The notes under the pieces: model-generated
Database searches by the model: none
Told to the model about the DNA's origin: nothing
What the model saw: only the letters and a program-made list of their open reading frames with translations
Shown: positions 29,801 through 42,100 of the stretch, piece by piece
Position numbering within the stretch: position 1 is the stretch's first letter
How the letters are laid out: every line of letters begins with the position of its first letter
Assembly (NCBI RefSeq): GCF_022045235.1
Contig: NW_027266271.1
Location: forward strand, 29,512,001 to 29,576,000
DNA length: 64,000 bases
Direction: 5' to 3'
Source: Haliotis cracherodii
Taxonomy: Eukaryota
Translations under genes and position numbers: made by a program

Positions 29801-30084
29801 CAACTAGCCCAGTAACGCGATCAATCGGGTGATCCTCCCTTGGTCAGCAGGATTAGGTTAATCCCTGTTAATCTTGGAGTGTCTATCGTAAACTCCTTGC
29901 AGTTTGCTGGGATCCCAGCCCGAGGACAATACGGGCGTGATGGACGTGAGGGCAGAGCGTAGATAACCTTGTCAGACAGGTATCATGGCACAGGCTAAGT
30001 AGCGCGGGAGATGTGGGATCACTCTTATCTCCGAGTTCCACAGTAGGCTAATACCCCTTCACCCCACCTGTATGGGGATGAGGT

Positions 30085-30122
<38 letters not shown>

Positions 30123-33100
30123 CCTCCTTGTCGTTGCCTGGGAGGGTCACAAGTACAAATTGAGTTTATAGATGTGTATGTATTAATGGTGAATTAAATA
30201 TTGTGCTCTTTCTGGAGTTTTATTATGAAGTAATATTGGTATCATGAATAATTTGTTGGTGAATTTTTTAAATTTTGTTCACAGAAATAAATGAAAAAGT
30301 GACATTTCTTTTAGAATTATTGAAAATGTCAATTGTTGTGTTCCCGGAGATGGTTACATAGTGTGAACATCAATTAGAAATATTGGGATAAATGACAACA
30401 ATACACTAATATACATGTACATATAGTTCGTAGTATTTTAGTCAAATATGTGCCTGTAATGCCCCAAGCCTGTGTAGACAGGATGTGCTTCTTCATGAGT
30501 ACAGTGTGACTGGCGTGTGGCCGCCTGCGTGTGAACTGCTACCAGTGCCCCTCGCCACCCCGGTCTTACCCTGATACCTGTCAGGTGTGAAGCAGTCACA
30601 CACAGCCACCCTCTGTACTCCCCACCCCCCTCAACTCACATTTCAAACTGCAGATCTTCATTCCCAAATCCTCACCTGGGATTAGACATGTAGCCATTGT
30701 TGTGCGAGACTGGCGTGTTTGGCAGCAGTTTCAAGGTACGCTAACAGACTACTGCCCGACCGCTCATCAAAAGACCAGGTCTCTGATTAGTCGATAACTG
30801 TGCTCATGGGGGCATTTGCCCTCTGTGACTCCTCAGTCGTGAAAATAGAGACTGTTTTAATTATGTGACAGGTAGAGGGGCTTGTTATTCATGGCATCGC
30901 CATCACATTCAGCAAACAGGTAGGTGCTTACTCTGTGATGACTGTATACTCACCTAATACTTACGTTGTAGATTCTGTGGGGGTGTATATATTTATTTAT
31001 ATTCATAGCATGGTACAGATATGATGGAAGCTGTACAGGTCTGTTGAGTGTTGGGTAAACTGCTACAATTGTATAAGGTGTCCTAGCATTGTGTCAGGCT
31101 TGAGATGGTTTCTGAAAACTACATTTAAATCATACCTTGAGTAAAACACAATTTGTTGTTTGTCATCCTTTTCGTAAAATAATAAGAACAGATGTAATTA
31201 TTTTCTGATAGTCTGACAGTAATTAATTGTTTAATATTTTATGTGAACGTTTCTCAACATTATAGGGATATTGATGTTAATATTCTGTTGGTAGTAGTTT
31301 GATTCATGTGGTTCTAATTGTGTTGAATTACATCGATTCAATGCTGTTTTTTCACAAAGAAACACACTGTTGTGGTCCATAGGCTTATATCAACTTTTTC
31401 TAAGTTATCATTTGGGAAAGGTAATTTGGATTTGTCTCCTTTAATATGCTTAATATGTAAATAAAAACATTTTGGTAAATTTGTCGTATATATTAGTATA
31501 TGTATCAGTATACAAAAATAGTGTAGAAAATGTGTGTGTTTCTAATTTAAACAATATTTATTTCCCCAAAAAGTATGGGATTGTGAACAGGTTAAACCTA
31601 TTTAAACACCTCTACAAAGGACATTTAACAATTAATGAGAGTAAACTGTACATAAAATAATAAATTTAGATTAATTGCACTTACTATTGCAAATATTTTA
31701 ATGTGAATATACAAGTCACACACAACTATATATCGGCACATAACCAAACCGTTGCATCCATGCACATGTGCGTATACTCATATATGCTTGTACACCTATA
31801 CCTCTACATACCAGCATGTCACGCACACAAACAACTATTTCATTGATGTCATCGCAAAGAAGACATATTTAAAATTTAAATCTTCTAGATTTTGCAATGA
31901 ACAAAAGGACAGATTGTACAATAGCAAGGTTAGTATCAGTAGATGTAGCATTTCCATATAAGACTGAATCCAAGTCATATCCCTGTATGTAGTACATGTT
32001 ATTCTGAAGATAACTGTAGTTGCGAGGTGTGTGTTTCTGATATATACTCTATTGCAATAGTTAAACCTATATATGGACATGCAGCCGAGTCTAAGACACA
32101 GGTGACTGGTTAAATGAACATAGACTGACATTTAGTCCCACAAATGTATTAAAAGGCAAAAGAAACGTCACTTCTGGAAATACTGATAAAACTTAACAGA
32201 CACTGGCAGTTACATGTTCTGTGGTCAATACACTCATTTATCGTTCTACTGCTTCTTTTTCGTTGCCTTAAAGTCCATTTAGCAATTGAGTTTAAAATGG
32301 AGTGCTTTGCCCATACCCAGCCTACAAAAGTGCAATGGGACTCAGTTGCGGAAAAGTCTTGTCAAAAACATGATGCACATGCATATCGTTGATGGTATTG
32401 GTACAAAAGACACCCAAAACTGTTAAGCTGGCTTTCGTTATTTCGATTCATCAGCCATGCCAAGATTATCAGGAAATGAGAGACAACAAGCAATCGGAAG
32501 ACTGCAAGCAGGCCAGAGTGCACAGGTCGTTGCAAATGCATTCAATGTCAACGTCAGAACGATATATCGTTTGCAACATCGCCACAACACCACCAACACC
32601 ACGGACGACCGACCGCGTAGTGGTCGTCCTAGAGTCACTACTCCCAGACATGATCGGTTCATGATACGCCATCATCTGCAGAACCGAGTCCGAATGGCCA
32701 CAGAAACAGCTCGGCAAACCATTGGCAACCACCAGCGTGCCATCAGTGATCGTACAGTCCGACGTCGCCTAACTGCCAACAACATCTCGTGCCACCATCC
32801 TGCTCGTGTACCCATCCTGAGAGATCGTCACCGACAGGCCCGACTGCAATGGGCCAGGCAGCATCAAAATTGGCGTCAACAGCAATAGAGCAGAATCATC
32901 TTCACTGATGGAAGTCACTACTGTGTTTCAACGGTGGATGGCAGAGTCAGGGTCTGGCGAATGAGGGGCGAACGTTATGCTGATGCTTGTGTTATGGAAC
33001 GAGACACGTGTGGCGGCCCAAGCATCATGGTTTGGGGTGGAATTGGATTGAACCAGAGAGTGGGACCTGTGGTCTTTCAGAATATTGGTCCAGGCCTGGG

Positions 33101-36100
33101 TTATGGCATCACAGCTCTCCACTACATTGACCAAGTCATTTGCCCGTCATCAAAACCACAACTTTCAGCAAGACAACGCCCATCCCCACACTGCCAGAGT
33201 CACCAGGGACTTCCTCCAGCAGCACAACATCCAAATCATGCCTTGGCCTGCCCTCAGTCAAGATTTTAATCCCATTATACACTTGTGGGATGAGATCCAA
33301 CGCCGACTCAACGACGTACCGTATATGTCCATAGATAAGCCAAATTTTGAGGACCAGAAAAAAGAATCTGTAGAAAGGGGTCGGCTTATCCACGGGATAC
33401 ACTTTCATGATAGTATTTTCAGATTCGTGATCTGTCAGAAACATCGCCTGAATGGCGATCCGATAGAATTCCAACTTCCCTAATTTGGAAGTTGACACGA
33501 CTAGAGCCATTATTGTTATAAATCATCAATAAAGTTATTATTATAGACCAATGTTGTCATTATTAAAAAAATGTTATGCATGTTACTACTTCCGATAATA
33601 AGTTTTCAAAGTTCAAAGTTTATCATTCTTCATAAACTCCACAATCTTTATGTGTAACAATATATGGAATCCACAGCTATAATATATAATCCACAGATAA
33701 AATCGCCAATAGCTATTACGTACGTTTACAAAGTTCATAAATTGATCGTGAACAAGTATCTACCTTTATTGAAAGAGGCAAATAAATAACTGTAACGGCG
33801 AGTTATTCTGTTCGCCATTTGCGAAAACATGTGATAAGCTGTTTCCTGTGATGTCACAAAAGGTTACCACTGTGATTGCTTCCTGTTGTTTACGCCCAAG
33901 GCCGACAACTGCAGCAGAACTGCGTGTAGCGTTCCTGAGGATATGGGCCCATATCCCAATGGCCTTCATCAACAGGCTAGTCCACTCCATGTACAGGAGA
34001 TGTTTGGCTGTAGTCAACGATGCCACCAGGCACTGATTTTGAACCCCCCAGCTGTGATGTCTTCTGGTGCCTCCCAAAATTCACAATTCGCAAAAACATT
34101 CCCCAGACTTTTAATTTCATGTGGGTCAAACACTGACTTTCTCCGATGTCTTTACTTACATATAAGCATTTGAAAATAAATAGAGGTTATCACGCGAGTG
34201 TGTTTGGGGATGGTAAATATCCTGCATTAGGAATAAACATTGTATTTAGCGAGCCTTGGCGAGCTAAATACATAGTGTTTATTCCTAATACAGGATATTT
34301 ACCATCCCCAAACACACAAGCGTGATAACCTCTTTATCATATAATGTCATTCTTTAATTCTGTGCTTCAAAATCGCTTTCCCTCACTCACAAACATTACC
34401 GAAACATTGCGAGTTTTCCTGGAATGCGCGCATTAATATTTATTACGTCACAGGGTAAGTGATATGTCAGTCGGACAGTGACAGTAGCCAATATAGTTCC
34501 AACTGAAATCTGTTTCTTATACAGTGGCGAAGCAACATATACGCAAAACAACAATTGTTTTTAATTGCCTTTCGCGGCAATCCATCGGTCTGTCCGCTAG
34601 AGCAACTGCCCTTTGTCAAAGGGAAGCTACTCTAACCCTAGTCTATGAGACGTCACGGCCACGGTCAGACGTTGAAAGTCGGTCTGTCCTGTCATAACGA
34701 TAAGAAGTGTAGTCAGATGTACACACAGCGACAAAACGAAACAAGGTAACAATTCAAACATATTTCCGCCAAATCCAACTATTTTAATTTGTGGAGGAGG
34801 TTTCAAGCCGCAGAGGTCTACAAGCACAGATATGGCTACTGATCCCGCTTGGCTAGGCCACGTGCCCTCGTCAAATTGTTTCGAAATTTATATCTCCAAA
34901 GTTGCCAAAACTTATAAAATGACTTAGCTACGTTACAGTTAGACACAGATTTTCAGTATATTAGACTGTTCTTTTGATAATGATAGCAATTATCCCTGTT
35001 GTTTATCCAGATTCACGATGGTTAATTCTGACTCGATCGCCGAATGACAAGGGCGACGCCATGTTTGTTTATAAACAGTGAAAGTAGTCCCTACTTGACC
35101 TTTGATATTTGCATCTCTATCCGCATATGACCCCAACGGATATCGTTTTTATCCGTTGGCTTTATCCTGCCGAGAAACCTACCCATTATATGATAAAGAT
35201 ATTTATATGATACATCCACATGACGTTTCTTTTGCCTTTCAGTGTATTATTTAACTATATATAGCTACAAATCAAAAAATATTATCCAAAGGGAGCCCAG
35301 AACAATGCTTAATTTCAGAGCCAAGGCAGATCTAGACTTACCAAATTATTCTAGAGGTGGACTCAATTTTTAATGTATTCTCTGCATTTTTAGAAATAAT
35401 GGACAATTGGATACCATATTTGAGTCTGTTTTTCTCATTTACTTCCCAATAACTATAATGTTTCAGAAGAAATTCCAGGTAATTATTTAAATTTCAGGAA
35501 ATTTTCTTATTTCTACAAACAATCTGGTTGTGGTTTGCCTGTTAGTACCGTATTCGATGTAATAAGCGCCCTGCTCTAATAAGCGCCTACAGCGATATTT
35601 GCTAATATATTGGCTAGTGAACAATCCCAATTAGCACCCCTTCCGAATGATCAATGTACACAAGACTTATTTATTCGTGTATAATACGTGTATTATATAA
35701 ATCCTTAATTAAGGGAAATTAAATTCTGGGAAAATATATCTGTTGTATATTAACATTTCAGGCTGTCAGCATAAACCATGAAATTAACGATCTTTCAACT
35801 CTGTTCTTTTTCACCAAAATAATGTTCTGATAAGAGCCCACTATTTCTAATTTTGAGAGCTCCATGGGCGATTATTATGTCGAATACAGTAATCAACCTA
35901 CATGAGACACTGCTGACAGCACTCATTGACCTACTCTACTACTCATTAGTGACAATATATATTTAAGCTTACATTGTTGATCATCTTGAATAGCGTGTGC
36001 AGTTTTAAAATATTCATTCCATTATGTTTTGGTTGACCTCATGGTCGGTTGTGTACCTGGCATATTTTTCATCTTGTTGTTTGAGATGAAAAGATTGGCT

Positions 36101-39100
36101 AAGCCACAACAAGTTATCAAATTTTCGTCAGACGTTTTCGGGAGACTTGATATGTTTGTATATTGTTTTGATGAATTCACTGCTCAAGGCATCTGAGCAT
36201 TAACTGTTTATGGGTCCTATTCACATGAATACGGGCAGGAGGAAGATTGGAAAAGAAGACTTTAAAAAAAACAATGACAGTAAATGCTCTGTTCAGTTTT
36301 CACCTTTGTTATCGTGTTACTATTGTAGTTTTTACAGGTACATATATATGGTCTCTGTTTTATAGCATTTATTCACCTGATGAAAGAGTAAGCATATACT
36401 CCGAAATGTTGTGTTCCTCATTATAAAGAAGTTGACATCCATAAATTCTCTTCCATAAAGACAGAAGTTTATTTCATGTCGATGTGAAAGGTCATTATGG
36501 AATGGGAACATTTTTCTGATATTGTGTGTTTTCTTGCTCTGATGGTAGCTCTCAACAGCATGGATAGAAAGCAGGGAGACACTCACAGCTGTTGGTTGAG
36601 AACACCACCATAGCACCACAGCCACCACAGCAACATGATCACCCATCCAGTCACATGACCATGTCTTGATATACTGTTGGAAATGAATAAGTGAACACTT
36701 AGTTTTAGACACAGTACAATGATATGCTATCATGGGTTCCAGCCTCGTCTACCAAATACACGTTGGAAACATTGCACACAAACACATCTCAACATTAGAT
36801 TCTGACATGTGTTGAATTTGTATGTATGCGCGGTATTTCAAATGTACCAACAGTAAAGCTGATTTCCCTATTTTCATTGTTCCCTTATTCATTTCCATCA
36901 GCATATCAGCATGTCATGGATTTACCAGACATTCCAACAAATTTGACTCTAGCTGAGCTGGTATTTTACTTGAAGGTCAGCGGGATTCAGGGCAGGTGCT
37001 CAGTAATCGCCTGATAGAGTACGCCAGGATGAGTTCGGACAAAGACTCCGACCTTCACTCTCTGTCAATGTCTGGTGACTCGGACCATCAGGACATCGTC
37101 ATTCCAACTGAGATATCACAACAAGTGAGTTGTCATCCTGACAATGTATATCATTGTTCGCAGCACTAACAGGCCCTCCTATCTACTGGAATAAAAAGTG
37201 TTGATTGAGTTAAAAATGAAGACATATTGGTAATATAGCTTCCTTATTGGAACCAAATGCATTTATTATGTTTTGTGCTCTGTGGCGACAGTTAGTGTTG
37301 TTGTAGTTGTCGAAATGCGGAATTTAACGGATATGAACGGATGTGTTCGGTTGCCAATGCTTTTAGTTTCAAAAGCGGCCTTGTGGTGATTCCAGTGAGA
37401 ATCGGGGGCACGGGTTGGCCCAGTCGTCTAAGGTGCCGCGATTCGCTGTGCAGAGTTGCGTCCCTTGGGCTCGCCAGAAACCTATGATTGTAGGTTCGAA
37501 TCCTGGTTCGCCCCGATTATGTTTCTAGGTTTGTCAGCACCATACCCATGCTCGTGGGTTTCACCGAAGTGGTAAACATCTGACACCTGCATCACTTGGG
37601 GCTTTCCTCCCACATTAAGCTGACACCCCGTGATATAACTGGAATACTCAGTCACTCACTCCAATGAGAACCGCTGTTATGACGATAGTTACTGCATTTA
37701 TATCACATTTGAAACTATTGCTTCGCACTTGGTAGCTATACACACGGTATTGCCTTTCATTCAAATAGATAGGGGGGCCTGAGGAGGCTAAAACTGAAAA
37801 AGGTTGTTGGTGGTCCTGCGAAACAGCCGTGACTGACACTTGATAATAACAGAGGGTTAGGCTCTCCATTTGTCATCTTTAACTTTTGTGCTCTAAATAC
37901 ATACCCCCATATTACTCTTATCATATTGAACTGGATGAATCAATACTTACAGGTCCCATCCAAATTCAAATAATGATGATAGTAGTCGATTAGACAAACA
38001 TATAGTCTTTAACTATAATTATCTATAAGGTTAAATACTGATAATTCAATAACAAACACCGCCAGTATTAAGGAACCCTCAAATCTCTTATAGAGAGTTG
38101 AGAATGGGATGAGTATAGGCTGCTTGAGAATGGGATGATTATAGGCTGCTTGAGAATGGGATGAGTATAGGCTGCTAGAGTATGGGATGAGTATAGGCTG
38201 CTTGAGAATGGGATGAGTATAGGCTGCTTGAGAATGGGATGAGTATAGGCTGCTTGAGAATGGGATGAGTATAGGCTGCTTGAGAATGGGATGAGTATAG
38301 GCTGCTTGAGAATGGGATGAGTATAGGCTGCTTGAGAATGGGATGAGTATAGGCTGCTAGAGTATGGGATGAGTATAGGCTGCTAGAGTATGGGATGAGT
38401 GTAGGCTGGTAGAGTATGGGATGAGTGTAGGCTGGTAGAGTATGGGATGAGTGTAGGCTGCTTGAGAATGGGATGAGTATAGGCTGCTAGAGTATGGGAT
38501 GAGTGTAGGCTGCTAGAGTATGGGATGAGTGTAGGCTGGTAGAGTATGGGATGAGTGTAGGCTGGTAGAGTACTGGATGAGTGTAGGCTGCTAGAGTATG
38601 GGATGAGTGTAGGCTGGTAGAGTATGGGATGAGTGTAGGCTGCTAGAGTATGGGATGAGTGTAGGCTGGTAGAGTATGGGATGAGTGTAGGCTGGTAGAG
38701 TACTGGATGAGTGTAGGCTGCTAGAGTATGGGATGAGTGTAGGCTGGTAGAGTAGGGGACGAGTGAAGGCTGCTAGAGTATGGGATGAGTGTAGGCTGGT
38801 AGAGTATGGGATGAGGAGTGGAATGAAATGGGGTGATTGTTTTATGAAATATATGCTCTTGGTTCTGTAAGAGAGACTAGTAGTTGTAGATATTGCTGCA
38901 GAACATAAGCAAGCCCTTCCTCCCTTTGGTTTGAAGCTGCCTGAGGGACGAAGCTTTGTTGTGATGAATCATTTATGGCTGAAGGGAATCACCATGGAAT
39001 CTCCTGTCATGGAGAAGGGCTTTTTTTTGGGGGGGGGGGGGGTGGAGATTCAAGTTAAAGAGGGATTGTGATTTTGGTCTTCTGTTTCTGCCAGAACGCT

Positions 39101-42100
39101 TTTATAGTTTATGTACATCACATCTTGATGTTAACAGTCTCATTAGAGTCGGACCTTACTTCTCACAACTGCAAAACAAAGATCTGAGGACATCCCATTA
39201 CAGGTTACGTCTGAATGGCCTTCTCGCGAACTTTGACTGACAATGAAATGACTAACAAGTTGACATTAGCCAATCAGGAAGCAGCTTTCTTTAGCTATGA
39301 GCCACAAGTTTCAGACTGGCTACATCCATTTCAGACAACGCTTTTTAAAATATTCTGACAAAGTTCTCGATTCATAATTTGAAAACTGAACAAAAGAACA
39401 TTCTAGAATGCCTTATAGATTGCCGATATTGTTTGGCAGTACTTCCCTCAGGCTATGCAAAGTCCTGACATGACCCGCAAATGGGATGTCTCCAGATCTT
39501 TGTTCAGTGGTAGAGAACTAAGATCTGATTTGAATGTGTTTGGATGTAAAACCATGTGACTGTTGGTGTTGTAGACGGAGATTCACTCCCAGGAGGGGCT
39601 CAGCTTCTACGACTCCGGCATCGGCATCTCAGACTCCTCCCAGGGCAACCGCGTCGGCCCGGGTGGCGTCATACAAGAAGAAAGTCAAGCAGCGGCAGCT
39701 GTCACCAGTGAAGTCATCGTCCAATGGATCGTCACCGCCTCCTAAGAAAGGTAGGAGTCAATATACTTATCTTGGTTGTACCTCACTGTCTTGGAGCGTT
39801 GATGTACTCGCTTCCATGCTAATCCACTCTCTTTGTAGGATTGGTGATGTCACAATGCAGTGGGCTGGATGTCTCAAACTAGTAGAAGTATCAAATGTAT
39901 TGAAGCAGATAAATTATCTTTCTTTAACATTAATAATTACAGAGATCGATCGTCTCTTCACTGTCCTATGTACACCCCTACCTACCATCACCTCTCAAGG
40001 TGCAGTCCAGTCAGACTATGAAACATTACAAATGAAACAAAATACAAACAGTTCTATTGTTACAGGAAGAGATTGTAAGGAATTATTTCAGTTCTATGGT
40101 TGGAGGGAAAGATTGGAAGGAATTCTTTCAGTTCTATGGTTGGAGGGAAAGATTAGAAGGAATTCTTTGAGTTCTATGGTTGGAGGGAAAGATTGGAAGG
40201 AATTCTTTCAGTTCTATGGTTGGAGGGAAATACTGGGAGGAATTATATTACTTGAGTTCTGTTTTTGCAGGGAAAGACTGGAAGGAATTTTTTGAGACTC
40301 CCACTGCCATGGAGAGACGCAGGATGGGCATGGTGAAGAAGGACTTTGAGGAGGGCAACATGAAGAAGATGTCCAGCCTGCCACCAATCTCCTACATCAG
40401 CTCCGACTTCCCCACATACCCGGGGGAGGCTGGACTCCGATTGCTGCACACAGTCCGGGTGGCGGAGAAGGTATGTGGGCAGCTGAGTGTCAGCCCAACG
40501 CTGTAATTGTATGTCAAAGTTCAACAACGGTATGATTTTGAAGAATAATCAAAATCCTGTGAGTGGATGTAATGTTTGAGATCGGTATGATTTGGAAGGT
40601 TAATTTTAAAGAAATGATGTACTGCACATTGTATATCTCTTAAACCATTTGTTTTCAGGACAAGTCAGACTCAGAGAAACACAAGGTGGAGGCAGTTCCC
40701 GGGCGACTCAGTGTCCACACGCAGAACGTGTAAGTGCAGCAGGAGGTCTTCATGGACGAAATAGATGACCTACAGCTGGACACACATGCATGGAATTGTT
40801 ACAAAAATAAATATAAAAAGTAATAAAATATAAGGCAGGGTGTTTGCTACTGAGATGAGCCGGGATGAATGTGTACTAATTTATATAGTATGTCTGGTTC
40901 GTATTTCTATATGAAGAAGGTTAAGCATCCTTTGACAATAACACAATCACGGATTTGACGTCCCCCTGTTGTTGACCACACCTCTCCATCTGTTCCAGAG
41001 ACTCTGGCAGAAGTAACTTCGGTGTCCTCCAGATGCAGTGGACAACCAACGTTCCCATCATCCCTGTGTCCGGCTCTCGCCATCGCAGGAACAAGCCTAG
41101 TCACATGACAAGGTCACATGACCCTGACCTGACCCTGCCTCCACTGGACAAGTCCGGGAACATCCTCTACAAACCACAGTAAGTGGCCAAAGAAGTTGCA
41201 GTGTATAGTTTGTCATGACTCTCGGAAGATGATGTTGGTCTGGGGAATCTTGTTTTGTTGCCAGAAAATATGGTGGTCAGGATTTTTTATGAGATTTTCG
41301 GAAAGGATAGATTTCATGTCAGATTTTTCAACAGAGGTCTTGTGTTCTTTTATTATTCCCCGCCCAACAAAGTTGGCGAGGGATTTAGAAACGGGCTCCG
41401 TCCATCCGTCCGTGTGTCCGTCACATTTCGTTTCCGGAGCATAACTCAGAAACCGTTCAATATTTTTTCATCAAACTTTGCAGGTCTGTCAAATACATGC
41501 TGAACTGGTGCCTTTTGCTATTCAGATATTTTAGAAATTGTTATTTTTTATGTTTCCATGGCAGCAAGATGGACTTAGGTTCCAAACTCTTCTTTTTTTT
41601 AAAATTTCCATGACAAGCTCCACCTCGGTTAAAAAAGGTTAGGGTTTCTTTAGATTTAATTATGTCATAAATTCTGCAACAGGGGCGGGGTATATAGCCA
41701 CGTTAGTGGCAAACTCTTGTTCTGGTGGCTATGGGGCGTGTAGTCTCTCCAATATATTTGTCTCCACAATGGCATGAGATCTCAAACACAGTTTTGGCCT
41801 TCCTTCCTTCTAGCATCACTCACATGGACGAGGTGGACACCAGGTTCCCCATGGTTCAGTCAGCCTTTGAGAATGACTACGTCTGGGAGAAGCCCATGCC
41901 ACCTCCGCCCATCACCAAGTCTCGCACAGTGATCTCCCCTGTCCGCAAGATGGCGCAAGAACACATGTGTCGCCATTACAGGCTCGCCAAGAAGAAACTG
42001 CATCACTATATTTCTGTAAGTATTGATGGGAGTCACATGTGTGTTTATTAGAACAGTTATACATGATTTATCTGTAAGTATTGATCGGAGTCACATCTGT

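Larger units (their letters stand above)
32147..35244 (+). mobile_element. Degenerate Tc1 (DD34E-type) transposon with two nested insertions
   Basis: TIRs AAAGGCAAAAGAAACGTCA (~32152) / TGACGTTTCTTTTGCCTTTCAGTG|TA (35221-35244); transposase pieces in between. Confidence 0.9.

Noticed and set aside
29902-29980. Possible exon after ccttgcAG with donor CAG|GTATCA
   Set aside because: Stops in the examined frames; no phase-compatible reading found
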